A DNA stretch of 64,000 nucleotides, taken from Lytechinus pictus. Lineage: Eukaryota. The position numbers and the translations under genes were made by a program. Of this stretch, positions 41,771-53,658 are shown piece after piece. A model generated the notes under the pieces. It was not told where the DNA came from and made no database searches. It was given only the letters and a program-made list of their open reading frames with translations. How positions within the stretch are numbered: the first letter of the stretch is position 1; each line of letters begins with the position of its first letter. The stretch is taken from contig NC_087251.1 of NCBI RefSeq assembly GCF_037042905.1, positions 24,616,001 to 24,680,000 on the forward strand, in the 5' to 3' direction.

Positions 41771-42666
41771 ACTATCGTGCAGCCACCATTAGGGGGTTTG
41801 GTTAACAATGCAAAATCCCCCCGACGGGGCTCATCGATTTTTTTTTTTACTTAAAAAAAATATATCAAAAGAACTGTACCAAAATAAAGATTATTATTCC
41901 GTTTTGGCCTGAAATGCACCAAAACTGGGAAAAATAAACTTAAAAGGGGAAAAAACAGTGACTTACTTCTGCTGTCGCGCAACTTCACTTCCCTGTTTTA
42001 TCCGAACTTAATACATAAACATATGGCCATTGAGTCTCCTGTACAGATGGAGCTAGAACTTTGGTCTCTGTATTTGGTGAGTGGAGCCAACAGAGTTCAG
42101 CGGAACAACCAACATAACAGAGACCGAAGCTTTTGGTCTAATGAAAGCCTAGATCTATATTTGAAGTGCAGATTTTGTAAGATCCAAACTGAAATAAGAT
42201 TTTTATGTAATTCGGACATCTGACCCCATGTCCAAAACTTACTTCCTACCACAAAAATATAGGCCCAATGAAAATCCTGATGGAGCTTCTTTCATACCCC
42301 CAAGGCCCTATATAGCTAGATAGATACCTGTAGGTTCTAGGCCAACAACATAGTTAACTTTAAAGTAAAAGTGAGTACCCATGCAACAAACATAAAAATG
42401 AAACAAAAGCCAAAGCCATTGCATTAGCGGCAGTGCCAGTGGTTTCCCAAAAACTTTTTTAGGGGTTAGTAAGGGATGCCATCCTGCATCCATGACCATC
42501 ATCACCATGGGCATGGCATCCGTTGATGTTGTCTGATATCATTATTGAATATGACATGCATCCATTTCCAACATTAACCATGTTAACAGCAGCTAATTTC
42601 ATTGATCAAAATTATACTAGAACCTGAATTACAGCTAGGCCTACAAGTAATTTTTTTTTTACTTAC

Positions 42667-42971
42667 TTGCAATTTTTCATCATCTCCTCCTGTGTGAGTA
42701 TTTTAACTGGTGCAAGTGGCTCCGTATTGAGGTTGTAATTACGGAAGCATACGGCCAGCTTGTCATCGAAATTGTTGACCAAATCTTCGATAGACGATGA
42801 ACGCATTTCGTTGAAGTTATCCGGGCTTATTTCCTCTTTCGGTGACAAAACTGGTAAAACGTCTCCATTGGAATTTATAACGTCTGCTGAACTACGAAAA
42901 TCTATGAATTCAGGCCATTCATCGCTTGCCGCATCGCCGTTTTCTTCGAACACAGCGAGTGGGGCTGCCAT
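42667..42971 (-). CDS. FEZ2: FEZ/UNC-76 family protein, coding exon 1
   Basis: MAAPLAVFEE...SSSIEDLVNNFDDKLAVCFRNY is the hallmark FEZ N-terminal motif (SMEDLVxxFDEKLxxCFRNY). The exon ends AA|GTAAGT (phase 2). Co-ortholog of FEZ1/FEZ2/unc-76, so the paralog name is nominal. Confidence 0.93.
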
Positions 42972-43200
42972 TTTTGTTAGAATTATCCACTTCAGCAGCT
43001 ATACATGTTCATACACACGGTCGACGTCTGAATGCTGTCCGCTGGGCGCTGGCGCAGGTCACCGAGAAGGCCTGCTAGTAAATATGCATAGTCTTTGACG
43101 TACGGTACTTGGACGGTGAATGTATGGGGCCGATTTCTAACTCGAATTTGCTCTTTCTGAAATAGCGCCATCTTGTGGTCCGTGCATTTCAGTTATGTTG
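42972..43200 (-). promoter_or_regulatory. FEZ 5'UTR/proximal promoter with CTCF-like motif
   Basis: CpG-rich stretch upstream of the ATG; CCACAAGATGGCGC (minus strand, 43165-43178) resembles the CTCF core consensus. Confidence 0.45.
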
Positions 43201-44898
43201 GCTAAAGTTTAGACATTGGGTAATATTTTAACCCGTATTTTAACCACCTTGTAAAAGTTATACACATAGATTACCGATATTGACATTTTTCTATTACATA
43301 TGACTTATGTTTATTGTATCCAAAAGCAGCTATCGAGTGACCTTTTCATACCGAATCGTAATTGCAAAGGGCCCAGCAAAAATGAAGTGTATCATTTCCC
43401 CTATCATGTCTATACATTGATGAAAAAACATTGCTAAGTTTTTTTGTTTTTTTTTCATTCACTTTTGGTGTGCTGTACATTTATCTAAAAATATAATAAT
43501 AATGAATTCTAAAAAATGGGGATACTGGTAGGTGCCAATAAAGACATGCAATGATGTCGGTACAGTCGGTTACGCTATATAGAATCATATATTGCGCAGG
43601 CCAAGTTTTACGCCGCCACAAAATTAATTATCCATTACAACTTCCAAAAAAAAAGCATGTATCAATTCTATGTCTTATCAAAGAATCGTTTTTTTTAAGT
43701 ATCTCCTTTTCTCAATATTAGATGTATTTATATTTAGAGACTTTTTCAGTCTTTTACAGTTTTGTACGCTATAACTTATAGACACCGTGCAATTTCCCAT
43801 CCACTCAAATTTCGCTTCATATAGTGTTCGCTATTCACTCTCGCCCACCTATAGCAAGGCAAATGCTATGTAGGATAATGTGTGTCAACGCAAAAGATAT
43901 ATCGATAAATCATTTTATATAGCCTTATCAAGTTGACACCAAAAAAGAGAGTGAGATACGTAGTAGGTACTTTATCTCATTTTGAGACACACTGGCTTAT
44001 TTTTTTGCTGTTTCTTGGGGGGGGGGGTTCCGAAAATTTTGGAAATTTCAATTCGGTCATTGCTTTATACATCCCTTCCCTCCCGCCTGTGAACTGGATT
44101 TATGTCAGTGATCATAATAGGTCGATATTCCATTGGTTTCATCATGGACCTATTATAGGTCCATGGTTTCATCACCCCCCTCCCTTCTCATTCTTCTTCT
44201 CCTGTACGAGTGCTCGGAGTTGCTCCCATTCGATTCAGGGTTGATCGAGCGAAGTAGGAACGTAATACCAAGATAGAAATGACACTTCACGTCAGAGAGC
44301 AGACATGATTGTTTAGTATTTAAATAATCGAATATCAGAGCAAAGTATAAAGTATACACGCAATATAAGTTTGTCACGTGGAACTGGTATTTGATTTAAA
44401 ACAGGTACATTAATTGAGGAAGAACTAAGGTCTGGAAAGCCGGGCTGGAAAGACTGTTGTTGTTTCAACTGAATTAATATTTGGCTCAAATGTTGCAATG
44501 GTGCCCCGGAATAGTGCACTCTAAAAAAAAATACCAAAGAGAAAATGGTGGAAACGAACCGAGGAGGGACAGCGTTTTCCACCCTTGTTCACTCCTTGGC
44601 CCTTTTAAAGGATGAATTACCACTTTCTACCCTTTCATTTTTAGCGTGCAATTGTCAAAAACGAAAAAAATTTTAATTATTTTGTAAAAAGTAAAGATTT
44701 ATCAAAGTTTTAAAAGGAAAAGGGAAACCAAATTTCATGAATTACTGCATGGAAGCATAATTGCATCCCCAACCACGGCACAAGATCAACTATCAGAAAG
44801 TTAATGAAACCTATAACAAATTTAACATGCGAGTCATAAAATTTTTAAAAGATTGTCATCTCATGCACTGAATAACATATGGTCTTAGCATGAATGAT

Positions 44899-46347
44899 CA
44901 GGCGCGTAGCCGGGGGGGGGGGGCGGTCGCGCCCCCCAAAAAAAAACGTCCCCAAAAAGAAAAAAAAGAAGGGAAAAAAGAGAGGAGAAAAGGAAAAGGG
45001 AAGGGATGAAAGGGAAGAAAGGTATCTTTGTGGTTTTTTTTTAATTCTTTATTTTTTTTTCTCAAAAGAGAAACTCCTTCACTCTTGCTCTAAATTTATA
45101 TATGAATTTTGCTTCCGCGCTCCGCGCGGTTAAATGACAATATTGAAGTTCTCCATTGTTTCCCCCACCCTTTCTCTAACCCTGTTTTTTCACCTCAGCT
45201 ATATGTGTTTCTTGCCAGTTAAAGTTCAACTGTACACATTAGGGCATGGAATTAGAGTAAGATTAGGCCGAAGTATATGAAGTTATCTTTTTTTTTTAAT
45301 TGATCGCGCAACTTCTGGTCGGGTCGGCTCCGGGCGGGTAAAATCTTTATATCAATTTCTGCCGTCACCTCCATAAAGTCAACTTTTCCCGCTTCTCAGC
45401 TCATCACTAAACAACCATAATTTTGGGGCAAACAAGTCCCTAATTTAAAAAGAAGAAGGTATAAAATTCGTGTCGTATTAAATAAAATATCAAATTCTAT
45501 TAAACTTCATGTCATTTCCCTGCACATTCATCTCCTGTCCTGTTTTGCGCCCTCATGCAGTTTGAAAATTTGAATGACACTTAAGTTTCTTTATAATTCA
45601 AAATGAAGCGCTTCAGGATAAGTCAAAGAAATTAGGCATCCTTTTTTATATAATTTCAATAAATCACAGAAGTTTCAACTTTTTGCGCACTATTTTCCTT
45701 GTAATGAAGTTCAATAACCTTAGAAAATCAATTGAATTAGAGCCGATGGGGTATTAGAGATATCTGTATTTGACGAAACGACCGCCCATTGAAATTTCAG
45801 AGTTTCATTGCTCTGCGCGGGGAGGAATATCTTCCTCCCGGCATATACACTTCTTCTCCTCTGTTTCGCGAGTTAAAGATATGCACTGTCGCTAAATTGT
45901 TTGTAATCAAATCTGATCTTTCCAAGGGAAGTATTCAATGTATCTTTGAGAATACCCTTTTCTAGGGACCCTTTTCATGGCAAAAAAAAAAATTGATAAA
46001 ACGCTTTAGCTTCAGCGCTTCGCGCGGGGTTATTATTATCTTAATTTCCTCCATTGTATTCCTTTTTTGTGCGTTCACAATCACTTTTGAAAACAAGGTT
46101 CATGAAAACAAGGTTCAAAATCACAGTAGTCAACTGAAACGGAGCTTACATAGGTACTAGAGACAAGAGAGACGGCTCCTTTTCATTTTAATTTATGAAA
46201 CACCAAAAGCTTCGCGCTTCGCAAAGGGAGGGGGAAACTCCCCCTCCCTGCACCCACCCCCTAGGGAGCGCGCTTCGCGCGCTCTGTAAGTGTTGGCACC
46301 GGTGCATTTACCGCCCCCTCCAAAATGAAATCCTGGCTACGCGGTTG
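44899..46347. mobile_element. Non-autonomous hAT-type DNA transposon
   Basis: TIRs CAGGCGCGTAGCC / GGCTACGCGGTTG; perfect 8-bp TSD TGAATGAT. Confidence 0.85.
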
Positions 46348-48093
46348 TGAATGATATATATATATATAATCTAAGAGGAAAGAGGGGGATTCTTGTGTTC
46401 GTAGCATGAGGTGAGAATATGGACATTTGTTGAAATGAATATTTACCATTTTCATTAAGTGTACATTGTGTGCAATAATAAACTGACATCAGAGAACACT
46501 TATATTAATGATCACGCGATGTATACAAACATGAACAATTACTGAATGAAAATGTCAACTTATAGGCCGACCGTTCCGACACGGTCACTCTTTCTTCTGC
46601 CCTTCTTTTTCCCTCTTCCCCATTTCCATTTATTTCATTTTCCCTTCTTGACTTTCCCCTTTTTGCTGCTATGGTGAAAACACGCAAATTCATTTCGCAC
46701 TCATACTTCCTTTTCTTTTCCCCTTATTTTTTATTAATCTTCCAATCCTCTATGGAAAAACAGATAATAACTTGAAAAGAAAAAGAGTGGAAAAGGGCAA
46801 CCTACGCACAAGGGCAGAGGTTGTATTTTTTCTTTTCCCGTTTTCCGTTCTTCCCCTCTTCTTTCCCCAGCTTGTAACTCTTTTCTCTCTTTATCTAATT
46901 TCCTTCAATTGATTTCCTCTCTGACCATTCTCTCTCCCCTCCTTTCTTTCTCTGCTTTATTCTCCTTAATTTTCCAGCTCTCCCCCTTTTCCTTCGCCTT
47001 CTCTTCGTTTTACCTTCCTTCCCCCTCTCCCTTCCCCCTTTTTTATTTATTCATTTTTTTTAAAATCAATTTGGTAATTACAATATACAACAAAATTTCA
47101 ACAAAATACGAATAAAAGCAGAGTCGAAGATGGGTACATGTAGCTTAGCTGCCTGGGTATTGGAAAAGCTAACTTGATAACTGCGTACCGAGGGTCTCCC
47201 TCCCCGACCAAGCTATACATGTACACAGAATTGGTCTGTAATAATAATAATTGATAGAACATTAAAAGGAAGATAAATACACAGATAAACAACTAATAAA
47301 TTTAAATTTAAAGCAGAGAAAATAAATATAGACATGATTGATAATGTGGGTTGTGTAAATTGGTATTAATAATGGCTCTGTTCTTGAAAGAGGTCCAATT
47401 GAAATAATTATAAATATTAAGCAAGATAAACATGATCCATGAATGTGTGATAAACAAAATATAGTTTTCACATAAACAGTACCTCCATCCTTCTACCGTT
47501 TGCACTTATAGGACACAAATCTCCTTTCCGTTTGCCAATTTTTTTTTATCCAATCATCAATGTAGGCTTGGAATAAAGTTATTGTGTTTGGTCTGCGAAA
47601 ATTGAGTAAAAGGTCATTATGATCTTTACAAAAAAAATTTTAGCGTTTAGTACTTAAAATGGTGGCAGCATGATATTTGGATAGGGAGAACAATTTAGTT
47701 ACAATACTATTTTTTATTCTCTTTATTCTCCGTTTCTTCCCTCTTTTCTTTCAAAAATCACAAGGGATGTTTGCATAATGCACCATTGTACTATATATAT
47801 GTTCAGGATTTATTATCATCAAATTCTAGGAATTCAAAGACAACTCAAAATTGGAATCAATATCAACAACATAACATGCAATTAAACAGCGGTGACGAAA
47901 CTTCCTTTACTTTGAGTCAAAGGGGTTAATTTATTTTGAAAATCAGTCAAAGACGAGGCATTGCGATTAAAATCCTCCTCTCCAAAGAAACAGAACAATC
48001 AGTGTTTCCACTATATACTACACTATACTGTGCTATACTATACTATAATGTACTACACTATATAGGAGCCATGGGCCTTCTGGCAACCGATTG

Positions 48094-49142
48094 ATAATAA
48101 TAATAATAATATATAGCATTTAGAGTGCGCCTTTTATCTAGTTTCCTATTCAGAGGCGCAGAGGGAATTATTACACAGAAGGGGGGGGGTGTTATTTGAA
48201 ATATGAAGAGTATAGATATGTTTTAAGGTTGGCTTTGAATGACTCTATAGATTTGGCATTGCGTATTGTTGATGAGAGTGCATTCCACAAAGTTGGAGCA
48301 CTATGAGCAAAAGCTTTTTCACCAAATGAGCATTTGATTCTACGAGTTGTCAACAACCCGGTCCCTGAAGATCTTAGATTTCTAGAGGGTACATATTCAA
48401 AGATAAGATCGTTAAGATAATGAGGAGCACAACCATCAACAATTTTCCATGTAAGCAACAAAATCTTGAATTTTATTCTCTCTACCACAGGCAACCAGTG
48501 AAGTTCTTTTAGAACAGGCGTTATATGCGTATATTTCGAAGTTTTACTAAGAATTCGGGCAGCGGCATTTTGCACTCTTTGAAGCTTGCGGATCAGGGGT
48601 CCGTTGCAGAAAGAGTTGCGTTTAAACGCAAGTCAAAAAATCAATCTTAAGTCCCAAATGCGCGCTGTTGATTGGTTGAAAATCAAGTTACGCATGATTT
48701 TTATAGTTGCGATTGATTGCAACTCTTTCTGCAACGGGCCCCTGATCATTGTTAGCATTGAACAATAGTCTAAACGAGAAATAATGTATGAATGTATAAC
48801 AGATGAAGTTACATTTGTGGACATGGATTTTCTAATACTAAAAAATTTGGAGATACAAATTTCTACATGTCAAATTCACATGGGAAGCCATTGACAATCA
48901 GAATCAAATTGAACATCAAGGTTCCGTACACTGGGCTTTGCATCAATAAGAGAATTACCAACATAAAAAGATCGACTTTGAATCTTAGACATTTGATTAC
49001 GTGACGCGATGATCAAAAACTCACTCTTATCATCATTCAACTGTAATTTGTTACAAATCATCCAAGTTTTCATTTCAGATATATAGGTTTCCATACGGGT
49101 TCTTGCATTTGCCTCTTCAAGTGGATCAGAAGGATTAAATGA
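48094..49142 (-). mobile_element. 5'-truncated L2/CR1-group LINE (RT C-terminus + 3' UTR), disrupted
   Basis: Translations WMICNKLQLNDDKSEFL, SRLDYC and KLQRVQNAAARIL..HITPVLKELHWLPV..RIKFKILLL..AF..AP.LWN.L; 3' stem-loop and (TAT)n tail; frameshifts and a MITE insertion. Confidence 0.9.
48594..48744. mobile_element. Palindromic MITE inserted in the LINE
   Basis: TIRs CAGGGGTCCGTTGCAGAAAGAGTTGC / GCAACTCTTTCTGCAACGGGCCCCTG. Confidence 0.85.
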
Positions 49143-49519
49143 GGGCCTTTTGGCAACCGATTGATAATAATAATAATAATAATATAGCATTTAGAGTGCG
49201 CCTTCTATCTAGTTTCCTATTTAGAGGCGCAGAGGGAATTATTTGATCATGACTACAATCACTATACAAATAATGGTTTAAAAAATTGTCATAATACATG
49301 CAGTATTCTGTCATCATAATACAAATACGGCTCAATATGGCTTCAAATTTATATACACGATGTCGTATTAATATCATTATACATAGCATTATTAATTGAG
49401 AAAATTTTGAAATAAGGATCTGTTCCAAAACATTAATTGTCCGTTTTTCAGTGAAGAATAATTGTCTACGATTATTGAAAAATAGACCATAAAAAACACA
49501 CACACACCCACACAAAGCA

Positions 49520-49815
49520 AAAATGTGGAACGCCTCTGACAGTCTCGCCTGACGCGATTCAATATAGCAGCAGTGCTGAAAAGCCACAAAGATGAAACAA
49601 ATTCATTTGAATATAAAATGCTATTTTGTGGACCTCAAATGACAATTGACTTTTATCATGTGACCTGAAACTCATTCAAAATTCATAAGTGATTTTTTAT
49701 TACCCTTCAAAAACTTAACCTTGGTTGAGATTTTAATGTTGATATCCCAATATGGTCAAAGTTAATTGACCCTAATTGACCTTTGATCTAGTAATGCTAT
49801 GCAGGCGACGGAAAA
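49520..49815 (-). mobile_element. Degenerate, internally deleted copy of the 57408-58383 family
   Basis: GTGGAACGCCTCTG..GTCTCGCCTG..CGCGATTCAATATAGCAGCAGTGCTGA ... GCTATGCAGGCGAC. Confidence 0.7.
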
Positions 49816-49918
49816 AAATCAAAGGACTTTACAATTATCACAGTGACGTATATAGACTCTCGCCATTATACGAGATTGATATTAAGATTTTTAAATCCAA
49901 ATTGATATTTTTAAAGGT

Positions 49919-51061
49919 TTATTTTGATCGACATCTGATTAGTCTCACAAAATTGTGCCTAAACTGGATATCTGTGAAAGCATAAAGAATGGGATTAATA
50001 ACCGAGTTAGCCCATTGGATATTCTCGGTTATATCTAGAACTAAATCACTAATGCATGTTTCTTTACAAAATGAATTCATAGCAATGCAGATTTCATATG
50101 GAAGGCAGCAAATACCAAACACCAATACTACTTTGGCCAGCTTCTTAGCAATTATTTTATTCTTTTGAAGTCTCGCATTTGTAAACTGATCAAATTTTGT
50201 ATTGATTGGTGTCGCGTTCAAGTTTGCTTCTTTTGAAACAGTGTTGATGTTCACAGTCGTTCCTTTTGAAGAAGATGGTTTTAATTCACAATTGTTACCA
50301 TAATTTTCCCGTTTTATAGGTAAGGTATTTGTACCATTGTTTTCATCTGAGCTTCGATTAAACGCGACAACAGGAAATTTATCAAATTGCCTCTTAACAT
50401 TGATAAAAATAAGAACGTTTAAGAAAACAATACTAGAAAATGGTATGAAAAAACCAATAAGACAATGGATCAAAGTTATGACTGGGTTCACTATAAATTC
50501 CATTTCACACTCGTGTAAGTAATCGTCCGTTTCATTTCGTTCACCAAAAGTTGTCCATCCAAAAGAAGTTAAGGAACAAAATGTAAAGTAGATTATCCAA
50601 GCTGGTATTACGGCATATCGAACACGTTTTCGTGTGACTAATGATCGGTGTTTCATTGGCTTTGCAACGATCAAATATCTATCGATACTGATGAATACGA
50701 TGACGACGACCGACATATAAACAGCGACGTAGTCGACGATGCAGTATAACCTACAGACGAATTGACCGAATAACCAACGTCCACTAACAATATATGTCAG
50801 ATTGACCGGGAGCGATACGGAACCGACGATGAAATCGGCAATGGCCAGGTTGAGAATGATTAGGTTTGCCGGTCGTTGACGGAGCTTTCTGTCTTGAGCG
50901 TATGAAATGATGACGAGGAGATTGCCCACGACAGTGATCGTGATGAGGAATCCGTAGATGACGATTATCGGAATCAAGGTGGAAATAGGTCGGCTCCATT
51001 TTTCTCCTGAAGACAAGACCGGTGTATTATTGATAATTTTCATTGAACCGTCAATATCCAT
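49919..51061 (-). CDS. Class A (rhodopsin-like) aminergic GPCR, histamine H3/muscarinic-like, about 380 aa, uninterrupted CDS
   Basis: Seven hydrophobic segments with GN (TM1), LAIAD (TM2), W-x-FG...C, TM3 Asp3.32 (IVDY), DRY, FFIP (TM5), CCLP (TM6) and WANSVINPILY (TM7). Start placed at MDIDG, just after the acceptor ttacctacag; the ORF is open up to 51169. Confidence 0.92.
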   Translation of the reverse strand: MDIDGSMKIINNTPVLSSGEKWSRPISTLIPIIVIYGFLITITVVGNLLVIISYAQDRKLRQRPANLIILNLAIADFIVGSVSLPVNLTYIVSGRWLFGQFVCRLYCIVDYVAVYMSVVVIVFISIDRYLIVAKPMKHRSLVTRKRVRYAVIPAWIIYFTFCSLTSFGWTTFGERNETDDYLHECEMEFIVNPVITLIHCLIGFFIPFSSIVFLNVLIFINVKRQFDKFPVVAFNRSSDENNGTNTLPIKRENYGNNCELKPSSSKGTTVNINTVSKEANLNATPINTKFDQFTNARLQKNKIIAKKLAKVVLVFGICCLPYEICIAMNSFCKETCISDLVLDITENIQWANSVINPILYAFTDIQFRHNFVRLIRCRSK

Positions 51062-51656
51062 AATCTGTAGGTAAGTAATTAAATTTGATTGGAAAACAAA
51101 ATCAATATATGTATACAACGTAAAAAGTGAATGACATAAGATATGTAAATGAGCGAAAAGTTCCTCCATTAGAACACGGATTATGATCCGTCGTAGTCAT
51201 CACAGTCCTATAGTTTCTTGTGTTGTCTTGATTTTTTTTTTCAATAAAAACCCAAAGCTCTGGGAAGCGGGTAATGGAGGCACCCCAAGATTATTATGGG
51301 GGCGATGCTATGTTATTAGGAGGCAAAACCTGGAATTTAAGTTGGTAATGTTAACAATATAGAAATATGACCCAAACCACCTTGATTTTGGAGCGATAAT
51401 CTTATTTTTATTTTTATTTTTTGCTTGTCATTTTTCCTAACCAGCATCCCCTCTTAAAAAAACCGTTCCCATGCAGACCCCTGAAAAAACCCTATTATGA
51501 AAAAGGGTATATGATAAAATAAATCTATGTCGTGCCACGCCCCACTCTTATTTTACAAGGGGATGGTGCGACGAATGTGGAGCTGAAGCAGCAGACACAG
51601 TCGACTGTATGATATTTCAGGTTTAGGAAAACAGGCACGACGAGGGATAGAGGAAT

Positions 51657-51762
51657 GAATAATAATAATGATGATGATCATAATAATAATAATAATTATT
51701 ATTATTGATAATAATAATAATAATTTGACTTTACGCTTTTTCCAGAGGATATAAAGCGCTGT
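51657..51762 (-). repeat. SINE/LINE 3' end with expanded (TAT/CAT)n tail
   Basis: CGCTTTTTCCAGAGGATATAAAGCGCTG matches the 3' stem-loop of the SINE at 41525-41554. Confidence 0.65.
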
Positions 51763-51772
51763 TAACGGCAAT

Positions 51773-51891
51773 CAGGCGCGTCGATCAATTTTTCAGATTG
51801 GGGGGCCGGGCAAAATCATAAATTAACGTTCCAAAGGCGCTCGATCACACAAAACGAAAAACAAACAAACTCACCCACACACACATAGGCC

Positions 51892-51924
<33 letters not shown>

Positions 51925-52688
51925 ATGTATATGACTCATGAGAAAGTGACACATATCTCACCAACAAATTAATATGCGAGTGCGAAGCGCGAGCTGAAAT
52001 TTTTTAGCATACTGACCTGGAAACAGGAAAAAGGTACCTGTTTAGGACTGTTTGTATATAGTAACTCATGAGGAGGATATATACAGGTACATGTATCTCA
52101 CGAACAGATAATGAGAGTGCCGAGAGCGAGCTGAAATTTATTTATATACTGACCTGAAAGCTTGATATTCTAAGCATTTTTGGTACCAATGATTAAGATG
52201 AGTATCTAAATGAACAATAAATGCGAGCGCGAAGCGCGAGCTGAAAATTTTGACATTTCGATCTGAAAAAAAATTGACAGTTTAATGGTCGTTTTTAATA
52301 AAGAACACGATATATATCCAACAAAAGATTGTTGCAAATCGAAGTGGGAGTTCTTTTGAGGTTTAGAATTGGAAACGGGACAATTTCACCTATTTAATAA
52401 CGAAAAGTATGGGTTTTGCTACAGAAATGATGCGAGCGCGAAGCGCGAGCTGAAATTTTTTTAATTCCAATTTGAAAAGCGGACATTTTGAGAACGATTT
52501 TAAATAAAGAACGAGTTGTGTATTTCAATCTCGCTTGCTGATTTCTGTGTAACATTACAATCTCATTATTTTATTTTTGCACATGCGGAATTATTGGGAA
52601 GGGGGCAAAACGATATGTTTGCCCCCCAATATTTTCATTGGTGGGGCGATCGCCCCCCTGCCCCCCCCCCCCAGGATCGACGCCTCTG
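51773..52688. mobile_element. Non-autonomous hAT-type DNA transposon
   Basis: TIRs CAGGCGCGTCGATC / GATCGACGCCTCTG; perfect 8-bp TSD ACGGCAAT. Confidence 0.85.
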
Positions 52689-53658
52689 ACGGCAATAGAC
52701 TAATAAAGATTGATAATTATACAGGTGCAATATACGTGGAGTATTATTAAAATACCACTACAGTATGTCATTGGAAGGGCGGGGGGGGGGGGGATCAAGG
52801 AGAGGTAGGTGATCTTATCCACACCAACCTGAAATATACTACGGCAACGTCCCTGAATTTCACTCAGATCTGTGATGTAAAGTATATCTCAATACTTCTA
52901 TGGGAAATCATATAAATTCATTCTAATTCTAAATTTATTCTAATATACTGGCAATAAACCTGTGTTTAAAGATAGTTGAATGGGTATCTATAGATATTAT
53001 CTGAGATGAAACTATGATTAAGAAATGGAGTGAAAATCTCTCGTTTAACAGGATATTTCAACAAAGACGTAAATTAAATTTAGATGTGGATAAAGTCTTC
53101 CAAAAGAAAAATAACGTTTTCACGTTCAAAATATTAATGGCACTTACCTCTATATGTTGTTACAATAGACAAGGTAAATGTAGTTTATTAGAAGATCAGA
53201 TCACAATCCAAAGTTATACCGTCATTTGCCCTTTTTGATGATTGAATGGCGCAAAAATGCTGATCAAAACACGTCAACTCTTTTAAATCTGAACGCAATC
53301 AGAATTAACACATACTGGGGTAAGATGCATCTTCACTTGACAAAATCGAAGAGCAGACGTGTCTCGATAAATGTGACAAGCCGAAGTTTAATCATGAAAC
53401 GGACGCGGAGTTTAATCGTGCTTTCCTCATGACCAAAAATCAATGGTGAACACTAATATTGAAACAAGTGTTTAGCATTAATGTGTACTATTAGAAATTA
53501 ATGTTTAACACTATAGGGTCGTGTGAAAAGCGAGATCCATGTTGAGACATTACAGAGAAAAATCAGTGCCTGACATATCCTTCAATTTGCTGCTACCATC
53601 GTGCTTCCATTAGGGATAACATGAACCCCATAGAAGGCCGACAACAATTATTAACAAC

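Noticed and set aside
51062..51169. Upstream in-frame ATG extension of the GPCR (MEELFAH...)
   Set aside because: Looks intronic, ending in an acceptor just before MDIDG; not excluded without transcripts.
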